DNA of 64,000 nt from Octopus sinensis (lineage: Eukaryota), in contig NC_043013.1 of NCBI RefSeq assembly GCF_006345805.1, forward strand, positions 13,206,001-13,270,000, in the 5' to 3' direction. A program made the position numbers and the translations under genes. Under the pieces are notes generated by a model that saw only the letters and a program-made list of their open reading frames with translations, did no database searches and was not told the DNA's origin. Of this stretch, positions 1 to 12,414 are shown one piece after another. Position 1 is the stretch's first letter. Every line of letters starts with the position of its first letter.

Positions 1-255
1 TTTTCTTCATTTACTTCTGACGGTAAAATAACTTCTTGTATTCCTTTCAGTTTATTTAAAATTAATCATTATTTTATTTAACTAAATTAAAAAATGTTTA
101 CTTCCATGAATGGATTTATGTATCTACATCTGTGGATCTTTGTATCTTTCATTGGAGTTGTTCTTTCTCTCTTGATATTGTTATTTTCCTTTTTCTACCT
201 TCCCCATCACAACTTTATTTCAGTTGTTCATTTGGTTTCTGTTTATCTTTGATAG

Positions 256-340
256 AAACGCTACAGATAAAGAGCCATCAAAACCCTGTGATGCATTTGG
301 TGAGGTAAAGTTTCCAGAAGATGGTTGGAATATTGCAAAG
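256..340 (+). CDS. TRPM-family channel, coding exon A (NATDKEPSKPCDAFGEVKFPEDGWNIAK)
   Basis: tttgatag acceptor and AAG|gtaatt donor; the DAFGEVKF motif matches the start of TRPM MHR1; ends in phase 0, matching exon B. An alternative acceptor at 266 is possible. Confidence 0.8.
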
Positions 341-599
341 GTAATTGCTTTTAATGTTTTTCTTTTTAATTTTTATTGCTAACGTTTGTCAGTAGAAATT
401 TTATTGAATAATTAGTTCATGATTTTGCCAAAGAATTTCAATAACAGCAACAATTTACATGCATTTTTTAAAATATATTTACATACCTTTTCCTTTTCTG
501 GTACAGTTGGCTCCTATTTTTCCTATTGGTGAGTAATAATGGATAGCAGTACACTTGCACTTAATGATTCTGAAAAGAAAGAAGTGTAAAGGTGACATC

Positions 600-1920
600 G
601 TTAAAGGTTCATATATGTGGAGATGGCATGAAAGAAAGGTCTTTCAAATATGGACTCAATAGAGGGACTAGTAATTCTAGATGGTAGCAGTATCATAAAT
701 AAAATACTGAAGAATATAAAAGCAGGAAAAACTCCATGAACCATTAGGAATGACTGCTATAATGTTTAAAATACTTTGCAGTGTGGGTTATGGCTTAGTT
801 ACTTGTATAGTCAATCAGATTATACAGGAAAGTGGTCTGCCCAGTGACAGGCATTACATTATTACAACCGACTATCACAAGGATAAAGAAGATACTAGAG
901 AAAGGTAATCACAGAAGTATCAAATAGCTGGACAAAGTTATGGGAACAACTACAGCTCAAATAATTAGAGAAAAAGTTACACTAGACGAGATATAGTTTG
1001 GTTTTTTATTAGGGTCAAGTACTAGAGAAGTTTTGTTCTTTTTTAGTGAAGTAACTGCTGCAGAAGCATTTAGTTAAAAGTAAGCTGCTCTACTGAACAT
1101 TCATTGACCTGCAGAAAACCTTTGACAGAGATCCTTATTCTATGATGGTAGTTACAGAGGGAGATAGCAGAAGACAAATGGCTTGTGATAGCCACACAAA
1201 CCCTGTATAGAATGGCTGTTAGAAATAAATTCCACGCAGTGTCCTCAGTGAAAACTATAGAAACACAGGAGTTGCATAGTATCACAGACAGTTTAATAGA
1301 GAAAGTAAACTTCATATGCAGCTGATGCACATGCAAAAACAATTCTATATGTACATGGGAAATAGATTTTGTGAAATGCCCAGGATGATCCTTAGACAGA
1401 AAAGATAGTTATTATTACATAGCAGTGGAGAATATTGTTCGGAAATTATAACGACTAGAATAAAAATTAGGCTGGAGAAATTTGAAGGAGTTTTACCTTT
1501 TGTTGGTAACAAAACATTTCTCTCATAATGAAAAACTGATGATATGATGATTATGTACGAACGACAATGCTACATAGTAATGAGATGTGGACTCTAAACA
1601 CAGTGGATATGCGAAGATGTATAAAATCTGTGTATATGAACAATAATGTACAAACATATTGAGAAAAATGCGAGCAGAAAAGGAATCGATGTTTTGTTCA
1701 AGAGAGAAAACTGTATGAATATGTTCATGGATGCTTTTGGGTGAGGTTAGCTGTATAACGAAATGCTGGTTACTGAAAATCGAGGGAACTTGTGGAAGAG
1801 GGAGATTGGGGTTGACATGAAATGAAATAGTGAAGGCTGATTTTAGAACTTTAAATTTCACAGAGATGACAAAGAGGACACCTGACCATATGCGGTGTTT
1901 GAGAAGGCCACACATCTTGA
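600..1920 (+). mobile_element. Decayed RTE-clade LINE, RT region
   Basis: Broken frames with KG...GNHRSIK.LDKVM, QFGF and ETWTL-like RT/thumb remnants; many stops. Confidence 0.6.
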
Positions 1921-2294
1921 CTAAACAAAGGTTCTAGAATCATAATGTCTATATATACTCTACCACTACCTCACTTAAATTCTTCATAAAACTTTCATCC
2001 CCTTCATTTTCCTATCATTGCTCTCTCCATCACTTTCCTAACTGCAGTATTTTGCTGCTATAGTTAACTGGGGAAAATAAATGTATATATCATCTACTCT
2101 TCTGTGATATCAGTTATCTTTCTTACTACCAAAAACTGCTTCATTTTATGTTGATGCTTCATTCTTAACATTGTCCCTCTCCACTCTTATTTTACACTGA
2201 GTATCCCCCACCTTTTCAATGCTATCAAATTACCTTTCCTTTTCCCTCTTCACTGAACCAATTTCCCTCCACACTACATCTTACGCTCCACTTG

Positions 2295-2525
2295 AGGGGG
2301 TCTTGTACTGCAAGTTACTTGGTAACCTCATGGTTGCTGCAGTCACGTAAAGAGCACCCAGTACACTCAGTAAAGTGGTTGGCATTAGGAAAGGCATCCA
2401 GTTGTAGAAACCATGCCAAAATAAACTGAAGAGCTTGGTGTAGTCTTCTAATTTGCCTGTCCCCCTCAAATCGTCCTACTCACACTAGCATGGTAAATGG
2501 ACATTAAATGATGATGATGTTAATG
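2295..2525 (+). mobile_element. RTE-type 3' tail / tail-sharing short element ending in (TGA)n
   Basis: ggcattaggaaaggcatccagttgtagaaaccatgcc...ggacattaaatgatgatgatg; related copies at 25690-25950 (+) and 47440-47580 (-). Confidence 0.65.
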
Positions 2526-2688
2526 ATGTTATATACATATGTGTGTGAGAGCATGCTGCATGTGTGTGTGTGTGCGCGCATGTGTGTGTTTGTGTGCGTG
2601 TATGCATGTAAATGGGGGCCCTGGAAATAGTCTTTTCACACTTTAAGAGGTTTCAGGCATGTGCATTACTTTATATATATATAAGCTA

Positions 2689-3224
2689 CAAGGATATCCA
2701 GAGGTAATGCAGTACAATCGTTTCAAGCAACTCCATTTAATTCAACAATGCAATCATTACATCAATTTAAATGCAGAGCAATCCTCAGCTGCATTAAGAC
2801 ATAGAATTTAATTAAACTAAAATAGATGGACATATTAATATAATTTTACCTAAATTTTCCTGGAAGGTAAAGAGATAGATAAAAAACATGATGTTTTCAC
2901 TTCAGCTACAAAGGTATCAGGAAGAAAGACTAATTACAGATTTGCTTGTCATTGTTTTATGGGTTCAGTTTTAATTTATAGACTAGTTTATCACAAGGAG
3001 CAGTGCCTGTTAGGAAGGAGGCTGAGGGAGTCGACAGAAATCATAGTAGGTATAGTCATAAAAAACTGTCAAGATTTATTTGAAGCAATATCATGAGATT
3101 TGCTAATTTAATTAAATTCTGTGTCTGAGGATTGCTCTGCATTGAAATTGATGTAATGATTGCATTGTTCAATTAAATGGAGTTGCTTGAAACGATCGTA
3201 CTGCATTACCTCTGCATATCCTAG
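2689..3224. mobile_element. MITE with ~100-bp terminal inverted repeats
   Basis: 2689-2788 is the reverse complement of 3125-3224 with about 5 mismatches; non-coding interior; TA at the left end. Confidence 0.8.
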
Positions 3225-3683
3225 TTGCTTGTTTTGATTTTAATCACCTTATTTTGAAATTGATGGATAATACCGTACTAAGTTCTGGTGCCTCAACATA
3301 AGTACAATATTCATATGAATTCATATATATATATATAGAATATAATGAATGTCAGGAGGCATGAGATGGCTATATTTATTTCACCAGTTGATATCTGTAG
3401 GATGATGATTGTTTTCCAGTCAACATATTATGATAAATAATTATTACAATAAAATCAATGTCCAATATTCAATGAAATTGTTGCTTGAATTGTCTTAACT
3501 TCATCTGAGAAAGGATAAAACCTATAACTTCTCAATTATTTAACGTCAAATACCACAATCTCTATATTATGGATACATACAATAAAACATTACAATAAAA
3601 TTTATTCACTAAATTGCTTTTTCCCATTATATTAAACATTAGATTACGTAAATCTGTTTTTTATTTCTTTTTCACTCGTACAG

Positions 3684-3864
3684 TTTGTCCGTGTGGATCA
3701 CCAAATCTCTATGGAAACTACAATTAATTTGATAAAACGCCTATGGTATTTATCATTGCCAAACTTACTTATTTCTGTGATTGGAGAAAGACAAGACTTT
3801 CAGTTGGATCCATTTGTTAGAGAAGCTCTTGGGCGTGGTTTGGTTAAAGCTGCACAAATCATAG
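3684..3864 (+). CDS. TRPM-family channel exon B (FVRVD...WYLSLPNLLISVIGERQDF...GRGLVKAAQII)
   Basis: Polypyrimidine-cag acceptor, G|gtataa donor, 181 nt (phase 0 to 1); resembles the TRPM motif W-x-L-x-x-P-x-L-x-I-S-V-x-G. Confidence 0.93.
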
Positions 3865-3915
3865 GTATAAAGTTTTATTTAATAATAACAACGACAACAA
3901 TAATCTTTTCTATTA

Positions 3916-4044
3916 TAGGCACCAGGCCTGAAATTTTGGGCAAAATCGACCTCGGTGGAATTTGAATTCATAACACAGCGGTAAACGGAATACCACTAAG
4001 CATTTCAACCGACGTGCTAACGATTCTGCCAGCTTGCCGCCTTT
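3916..4044 (-). mobile_element. tRNA-derived SINE family B, internally deleted copy
   Basis: Reverse strand reads aaggcggcaagctggcagaatcgttagcacg...gaattcaaattccaccgaggtcga; same family as 5106, 49215, 56452 and 59654. Confidence 0.75.
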
Positions 4045-4049
4045 ACAAC

Positions 4050-4960
4050 AACAACAACATCAATAATAGTGAAAATGGAAACAAAGTTGGGGTATCACCA
4101 TGGGAAGAGGTATGGGAACAAAAATTGGAGCAGAACTAGACAGCCTAGTCCAGTCTGTCTGGATTTCCCCCAATGATATTAAGATGGAGTTTAGACTCTC
4201 AAAATGTGCTACAATGGTGATGAGATGAGGAAAGCTTGCCAGGACAGAAGGTACAGGTTTATCAGGTGGTGAAATGATGAAGGCAAGTCAACCTCAATCC
4301 AATTATAAATACCTGAGAATACTTGAGGCAGATAGAATCAAACACAATGACATGAAGAAAAAGACAAAAAGGGAGTACCTGCGGTGAGTGAGAATAAGTA
4401 TTGCCTTCAAACGGAATGCCAGAAACATAATTTCAACAATAAATTCAGGCGCAATCGCAGGAGTCTGATATGGCACTGGAATCATGAAGTGAACAGAGAG
4501 GGAGGAGCTAAAGGAGATGGACAGGAAGTCAAGAAAGATGCTAACGATGCATGGAGCCCATCATCCACGTGCAGACACTGATCACCTGCACATGAAGAGA
4601 GCCAATGGATACAGGGGACTGATAAGTGTGAAAGACTGCATCCATATCGAAATCGAGAGCTTAATGAGATACCTAGTCCAAAGTAATGAAACCTTGCTAG
4701 TGACAGTTAGGAATGAAGGAGTATTTAGAGCAGAGAAAAAAGGGAATACAAAGGAAGAAGTACAAAAATTGAAGAATTACACCAGAAGGGACTACGCAAT
4801 CAATTCCATGTAGCCATAACAGAAGTTGCTGGAAAAAAGGTGGGACTGGTTGATGAAAGGAACTCTAAAAGAGAAACCGAGAACACTATATTGGTAGAGC
4901 AAGACCAAAGCATCAACCTGAGAAATGAGAAAGTGTCTCCACTGTACTGCATCTGCAATA
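4050..4960 (+). mobile_element. R4/Dong-like RLE non-LTR retrotransposon fragment (RT thumb)
   Basis: SKCATMV, YKYL, MDRKSRKMLTMHGAHHPRADTDHLHMKRANGYRGLISVKD motifs; ends at an (ATA)n tract. Confidence 0.75.
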
Positions 4961-4974
4961 GAGTAGATAAAGAG

Positions 4975-5105
<131 letters not shown>

Positions 5106-5325
5106 CCATTCTACTATAGGCACAAGACCTGAGATTTTAGGGGAGGGGGCTAGTCGATTACATCAGCCCCAATATTTCACTGGTATTTATTTTATCGACT
5201 CTGAAATAATGTAAAGCAAAGTTGCTCCTAGTGTAATTTGGATTCAGAACGCAGAGACGGACGAAATGCTGCTAAGCATTCCATCCGGCGTGATAATGAT
5301 TCTGCCTGCTCACTCGAAAATTAAG
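5106..5325 (-). mobile_element. tRNA-derived SINE family B
   Basis: ctactataggcacaagacctgagatttt...ggattcagaac...gctaagcatt...gattctgcc; its tail merges into the (ATA)n tract. Confidence 0.75.
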
Positions 5326-5329
5326 GTTG

Positions 5330-6480
5330 GTGTGGTGCTCAAAACTGACTGGGTGGAATAAAATCCAAGCAGGTAATACATGAACGATAGCATCACATCA
5401 GTATGGAGCTGGAATTATAAAATTACAAAAAGAAAGAACTGATGAAAATAGATATGAAGTGAAAAGAATGTTGACAATGCAAGAAGCCTACTACCCTGGG
5501 AGTGAGACCGATAGGACGTACTTTTACAGAAGAAAGGTTGGATGAGGTTTGATCAGTTGCCAGGATTTTATCTTAGCAGAGGAAAACAGCTTATTGTGAT
5601 ACATAAAAATGCCGTAGGCCCATTGTAGAAACATGCGAAGGAGGCTGATGCCATTAAAACTGAGAAACGTGTCAAGAAAGAAAAATTTATAGGGAAAGAA
5701 AACAGCATGGCTGGAAACAAAAGTGTACGTTCAGTTTGCCAGAGATACGAACGCCAAGACAGATACAGAAGATCGATGATATCGGTGAATAGTTGTAACC
5801 TGAAAATATAGACAGAAGCACTTATACACGCAGCTTAAGAACAAGTGTTAAGGACTAACTATGAGAAATGCAGAATCAACAACACTACCGACAGCAACAA
5901 AAGCAGAATGTGTGGTGAGATGAATGAAACGGTATTGCACATCGTTAGTGAATGCCCAAAATTGGTACAACTCGAATGCAAAAGACGGCATGACAATTTA
6001 GTAAGAATGATCCGTTGGAAGCTCCGTTAAAATCATGGCCAACAAAGAGCAAAGACGTGGTATAAGAAAACCCAAGAGTCACCGAGAATGAGAAGTGCAA
6101 TGTCCTATGAGATGCAATGATTCAGTGTGATAACTTGACCATGCATCGGAAACTGGACATCGTTGTGGTGAATAAGAAAGAAAGAAAATGCACGATAATC
6201 GACATAGCATGTCCCAGTGACAACAGGATCAAAGAGAAAAAAGTAAAAGTAAACAACGCTGACGATTTGAAGTGGGAAATACGAAAGTTGTAGTGAATGA
6301 GGAGAGTAGATGTGATACCAATAGTAATTGGTGCCCTTGGAAATATCAGCACTCAGCTACCAATGTGGCTGAAAAAGATTGGTGAAAGTGTGAAGATAGA
6401 ACACCTAGAAAAATCAGCATTGCTTGGAGCTGCAAGAATTCTACACAGAGTGACACTTTCTATTATACCCAGCAAAATAA
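5330..6480 (+). mobile_element. R4/Dong-like RLE element 3' half (CCHC knuckle and PD-(D/E)XK endonuclease)
   Basis: CRI...RMCGEMNETVLHIVSECPKL...RRHDNLVR; DIVVV...IIDIACPSD; VIPIVIGALG; followed by a short (TAA)n. Confidence 0.8.
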
Positions 6481-7483
6481 GCTGAGAGTTTTCATCAAAT
6501 AATAATAATGATAATGATTATCATAGTTTTTATCGAAAGAACATTTTGTTAAACCCAAAATCCTTAACTTCCTGTATCACTATCTTTTTATCCCTCCCTC
6601 CCTCTCTCCCCCTCTCTCTCTCCCTCTCTTTCTGATACTTTTGATGATTTTGTGATCCATACAATACTATAAACTGCACCACACTTCCTCTAATCATACA
6701 ATTCACCTTCATTTCCCTAACAACATGTATGAAACTGACTCTAAATTCTAAATTCCTATTTTAACGGAAAGTGAGCTATTTTTTAATCATAACAATATAG
6801 GTTTTTTTTTGTTTGTTTTAAAGATCGTTGTGAATTAATCCCAAAATATTTAACTACCTTCATCTCTACATTTCTCACGTTCTTTCTCTCTCTCATCGAT
6901 GTATGTGTTGCTCTTTTGCTTCCTCACTCAGTAACAGACTTTCCCACCTTCTCTCGTGACCAATGCACTCACCCTCTGAATTCACCACTTCCACCACCAT
7001 CTCTTGTGTACAGTCACACTAGGAAGTACATTTTCTTTCCTCTCTCATTTCTCTATCTTCCCTTTACTTCCTCTTCTTCACTCATCTCTCTTGTACTTAA
7101 TTGATTCAGACACGTGACATTCACCTCTCCGCCACCACCAAGACTGAAATAGTGAAATCAAATCATATCCGAATGACTGAATGGTGATCAACTTCCACAA
7201 AGTTGGGCCATTCTCGACTAAACCGGCAACACCCCCAGAGCGCACTCTGTGAGGAGGCTCTTTTTTGCTTGTTATTTGGATCTCCTGCAGGACGAAAAAC
7301 AAAACTTTTCTTGGGGTGGATGAACTCTGAAGACTCAACACCCATCCAAATGATATTTGTGCATTTGTTGTACCGACGAAGGCATTACCACTTAGCATAG
7401 CAGTAATAATTTTCCAACATCTTCGGCTTGTAGTATTCTTTGTTCAGTCTGCACAGCAACTTGTAGTAGATAAGTCTATGTAA

Positions 7484-7577
<94 letters not shown>

Positions 7578-8014
7578 AAAGGGCTTAGTAAAATAAATTA
7601 CTTTGCCGCATACTGAACTCATTAGAAATAGCAGCTAAAAAACTTTTTTAAGGCTATTTCTAATACTTAAAGAAAATCTCTTTTAAAGAAAATCTCTAAG
7701 CCCTTTTATATAATGTAATAATTTGAATTCGCCTTGAATGGTCCCTTTGCATACTGAACACTTGGTGAAATTGATTAATAATTAATTAATTTTGCCCTCA
7801 ATTGTTGAAATTATAATTAATCTCCCTCTGATTAATACTTCGGATTTTACCGAAATAAGCATAGTGTTTGATGATTTCAACCCACGCTGGTGGAAAGGGG
7901 AGAACAAAGATTCTTCGCTTGCTTATTTTGAATTTGTTGGCACTGTTAGTTGGGAGCAGATCTTCGAAAGGGTATGTTCTTATTTTCAGTGTTTCCAAAT
8001 CCAAACCAAGGAAT

Positions 8015-8071
8015 TTCTGAGCCGATGATAGAAATGTTGTTTTGACTAATCTTGAAACGTACGTTCTCGAA
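8015..8071 (+). ncRNA. Degenerate minimal type I hammerhead motif, copy 1
   Basis: TTCTGAG-CCGATGA-(25 nt)-GAA-AC GTAC GT-T-CTCGAA: stem I and a palindromic stem III are present, but the core has U4C and stem II is weak. Confidence 0.5.
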
Positions 8072-8560
8072 TAACCTTAGCATTTGATTTTTCGATGTCC
8101 TTACCCCCAAACTTTTGTGAGTTGAATTAAGCAAACACTATATATGAGAGAGATTTTCTTTAAGTATTAGAAATAGCCTTAAAAAAGTTTTTTAGCTGCT
8201 ATTTCTAATGAGTTCAGTATGCGGCAAAGTAATTTATTTTACTAAGCCCTTTTATATAATGTAATAATTTGAATTCGCCTTGAATGGTCCCTTTGCATAC
8301 TGAACACTTGGTGAAATTGATTAATAATTAATTAATTTTGCCCTCAATTGTTGAAATTATAATTAATCTCCCTCTGATTAATACTTCGGATTTTACCGAA
8401 ATAAGCATAGTGTTTGATGATTTCAACCCACGCTGGTGGAAAGGGGAGAACAAAGATTCTTCGCTTGCTTATTTTGAATTTGTTGGCACTGTTAGTTGGG
8501 AGCAGATCTTCGAAAGGGTATGTTCTTATTTTCAGTGTTTCCAAATCCAAACCAAGGAAT

Positions 8561-8617
8561 TTCTGAGCCGATGATAGAAATGTTGTTTTGACTAATCTTG
8601 AAACGTACGTTCTCGAA
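8561..8617 (+). ncRNA. Degenerate minimal type I hammerhead motif, copy 2
   Basis: Identical to 8015-8071, 546 nt downstream. Confidence 0.5.
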
Positions 8618-8901
8618 TAACCTTAGCATTTGATTTTTCGATGTCCTTACCCCCAAACTTTTGTGAGTTGAATTAAGCAAACACTATATATGAGAGAGAT
8701 TTTCTTTAAGTATTAGAAATAGCCTTAAAAAAGTTTTTTAGCTGCTATTTCTAATGAGTTCAGTATGCGGCAAAGTAATTTATTTTACTAAGCCCTTTTA
8801 TATAATGTAATAATTTGAATTCGCCTTGAATGGTCCCTTTGCATACTGAACACTTGGTGAAATTGATTAATAATTAATTAATTTTGCCCTCAATTGTTGA
8901 A

Positions 8902-8932
<31 letters not shown>

Positions 8933-9397
8933 GGTTTAGCCGTTGTCTGTGAAACTAGAGACATATATGTCTAGGTGGATAAACGTGTATAAGTGCATAT
9001 TGTAAGATTATACGTATATATGTGTGATATGTGCGTGTATACATGTTTATTGTGTGTGCTTGTAAATAAGTATAAGTATGTTTATATTTGCATGTATGTA
9101 TCTAAGACATTGTATCTATTCACCCTTAGACGGTGATAAAAGGAAAATATATATCTACAACCTTCAACAGAGTAACAGTTATATATACAACTTGAACAGA
9201 CATACATATCAGTACCTAAACATTCCTTTACATGTACATACACATATACACACACACAGACATGTTTATACACTTACGTAAATGCTCACATACATACATA
9301 CAAGCGTAAATGCATATATGCATGTGCAAAACATATAGATATATGCATACATCCATGCATACGTATATGCATACATACATATATACATACTGAGTAC

Positions 9398-10030
9398 AGT
9401 TGTGAGAATTACCTGCCCAGTGGATGTTAACATAAAGCCGAGGATCAGTGAATAAGAAAATACCTACGCCGACCTATTGAGAAATTTGTAGTTACTCTAT
9501 CCAGATTACAAGTTCAGGTTTGTACCTGTAGTTATTGGGGCTCTGGGATATGCAATACACTGCCTAAATACCAATCTTGAGAAATTAGGCTTCTCAAATC
9601 CAGAAAGGAGAAAGCTAATACTGAAACTACAGATCCAATCCATCACTGGAACTGTAAAAATCTATAAAACTTTCCAGAAGTTTATCATTTAAATATATAT
9701 GAGCATGTTTAGATATGCAACAATATGCATGAGAATATATACATAAAGCAAAAATCTGCATATATACATACAGTTGTTGATGATGAAATTCCAATGAAGG
9801 AGCCTTGGATCTAGGATGGAGACTGGCTCTTTCTCTATTGGCAAGAAATCTTGAAATAAAACACACATGTATTACTAAAAAACTGCTTTTCCCTCAGATT
9901 CAGCACCAAGTCTTTTCAGTGAACAGGTCGCTGTTTGAAAGTGATGAAAATATCTTGACACAAATGAAAATTAAATGTTGAAGTGAAACTAACGGTTTTT
10001 GTGTTCTTGAATGTATTCCTTGCTGCAATT
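9398..10030 (+). mobile_element. 3' end of an RLE non-LTR retrotransposon (endonuclease C-terminus plus 3' UTR)
   Basis: ITCPVDVNI...YPDYKFRFVPVVIGALGY...LQIQSITGTVK; the UTR recurs at about 21790-21930. Confidence 0.7.
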
Positions 10031-10836
10031 TTATCTCTTTTTTGTAATAATAATTTATTTTGACTTGTTATAAAGATTTTATAGTTTAAGTGTTTGTGAT
10101 TTAAACCAAAGTCCAGCTTAATTGAACAGATTCATGCTCAAAATCATTGCTGCAATGACCATCCCACCTTATACAGGTTCAGTCGTTTTCTAAGGCAGTA
10201 GGGTATAATTTGATGGAGGAGATATAATTGTTGTTTTCTGAAGGTCAAATGACCATGTAGAGGTTACGTGAGGTATTGGGAAATGGAAAGAGTGATATTC
10301 ATATATTATTCCATAGCATTACTAGACTTGAGCCAATAAGTGAAACCATGCCACACTTTCATGTAAGACTTTAATCTTTCTCTCTAACACACAACACATT
10401 TCCAGTTAGCAATATGGAATCAATAGCAATATACTGGGAGCAGACGACTGTAACTGAAAAATGCTGTAGTATTGTAGTATTTAGCTTTTGGTTACGAGTT
10501 CAAATTCTATCAGGGGTGAAATTTTATTTTGCCTATTATCTTGTCAAGAATTGATTTTAAAAAATCAATAGGAGAGTCCTGGATTGATTCAACACAGTAA
10601 ATCAAGGCTTCCATAATGAGAACTATGTCAATAATTAAATCAACCTAAGTTAATTACTGGTGAATTTCCCATTAACCTTACATGCACAAAAAGAAAATTC
10701 ACTCCTTTTGTGTGATTTGAAGTCTGAATGTGAAGGAATATAACTAAATACCAGAAATTATTTTGTCCAAAAATCTACAATCATTTAGAATAAGCAATCA
10801 ATGTTTGAATATAATTATTGTTTTCTTGTTTTGCAG

Positions 10837-11000
10837 GTGCCTGGATCATAAGTGATGGCTTACATACTGGAGTTGCAAAACATATTGGGAAGGCTATACA
10901 TGATAATGAAGCTGCAGTGACTGGCAAGAAGAAAGTGGTAACAATAGGTATTGCATCATGGAAGTGTGTACAAAACAAGGAATCCCTTGTGAATGAAGAG
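10837..11000 (+). CDS. TRPM-family channel exon C (GAWIISDGLHTGVAKHIGKA...VTIGIASWKCVQNKESLVNEE)
   Basis: ttttgcag acceptor, GAG|gtaaat donor, 164 nt (phase 1 to 0); GAWI...G...GV...G and IGIA-W motifs of the TRPM SLOG domain. Confidence 0.95.
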
Positions 11001-11439
11001 GTAAATTTCTGTTTAAGTTATTTTCCTTAATTTTAAACTTCTAAGAATATTCTTGTTCTATATTAATATTAAATACTGATTTTTAACATTATAGTATTGA
11101 TTCTTAGAATTTCAATATTCATTGTAAGGGTAAACTTAAAACATTAGCTTACATCAAAGGATTAAAGAAAAAAAGGCCCATATGATTTCCATTTATGATA
11201 CAATGCTAATTTTGTGATAAGAGAAGTAATACATTCAAGGTTTTTCAGTTTCATGTATTATTTTCTGTTTTACTTGAATTTTAATAGCAAAAGTATCTGA
11301 GTGAATAAAGTGTTAGATTATCTGATCATAGAGAATTGGTTCAATTCTTCTGCTGGTATTTCATAGTTTCTAAGGAAAAACATTTTATTCTACATTGCTC
11401 GGTTTCCTTAGTTATCAAAAATAAATAAAACATCAATTT

Positions 11440-12410
11440 GGCAATGTTCCGTCTCTTCTCAAATACTATCAATCATCTTAGTCGCTTGTTTCACATTGGA
11501 TCCAGTTTCTGATTCTGATTAGAATCATTGTGCAATGAATATGACTCAACAAAGCCGCAATACAACTCCAGAACTTCCTCGGCGATGACCACTAATCTCT
11601 CTAGCAAGATTCTCATGAAAATCTTCCCAAAGATGCTGAGAAGAGAGATGCTGTAACTATATTCACAGATTGCTCAGTCACCTCTGTTGAAGACTGTGAT
11701 GATAGTCACATTGTTCAGGTCTCCAGGAACTACTGCTGCTTCCCACATGCGTTGGATAAACCTATACAACTTGATCTTCACAGTTTGACAACCGTGGGGC
11801 AGGAGCTTCAGAACTATGTTGTCATGACCAGGTGCTCCCCATTTCTTCATGCATTTTAGAGCCTTTTCCAGCTCAAGATAATTTGGAGGGAGTAACATCC
11901 AGTCTCAGATAGGATACTAGGGGATACTTCAGGGGAGGTCAATCATTGCAGTAGATGGCCGGTTGACAAGAGTATTCCTTCCATGTTTCAAGTGTGTCTT
12001 TATTGTCCATCAAAGGTGTTAATCTGGCGGTGGATATGAGTGTATTGTTTACTCTACTAGGAGAACCAACGAATCCCCTTTTCCCAGCATAGAAACGCCT
12101 GCCTAGGGTCTTTACTGTCTGCGAACAACTGTATCTCCCCTGCTTTTGCTAGCCACCAGAGATTTTGGAGTTCATGGATCCTGCACTGGCATTGCTGCTT
12201 GGCCTACCAGAAGCATCGCAGGTGGGTTCACATTGGGAAATCCTATACCAGACGAAATTCTATCTTCTGATCGATCAGCTTGGCAATATGGTCGTCATTT
12301 TGGTCAAACCAGTCTTAATGAGCGTGTTTGTAAAAGCCAGTTATTCCCCCAGGAATAACTGGTGATCGTTTTGCCTAAAACGAACCAATATACTTCCACA
12401 CTGTCCACTG
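11440..12410 (-). mobile_element. Decayed RTE LINE fragment (linker plus RT N-terminus)
   Basis: DWFDQNDDHIAKLID, LQNLWWLAKAGEIQLFADS, PPNYLELEKALKCMK..GAPGHDNI...WEAAVVPGDL motifs. Confidence 0.8.
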
Positions 12411-12414
12411 CCCG

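Larger units (their letters stand above)
7572..8903. repeat. 546-bp tandem repeat (2.2 copies) with an inverted terminal fragment, between (TA)n tracts; PLE pseudo-LTR/retrozyme-like
   Basis: Units at 7696-8241 and 8242-8787, partial unit at 8788-8903; ORF translations of the two units are identical; 7572-7680 is the reverse complement of the unit end. Confidence 0.9.

Noticed and set aside
7741-7780. gcatactgaac...gaaat motifs as extra hammerheads
   Set aside because: They lack G8-A9 and any stem I/III pairing.
7792-8680. Duplicated 62-78 aa ORFs in the 546-bp unit as a small-protein operon or toxin-antitoxin pair
   Set aside because: No recognisable domain, eukaryotic intronic context, and the duplication is explained by the tandem repeat.
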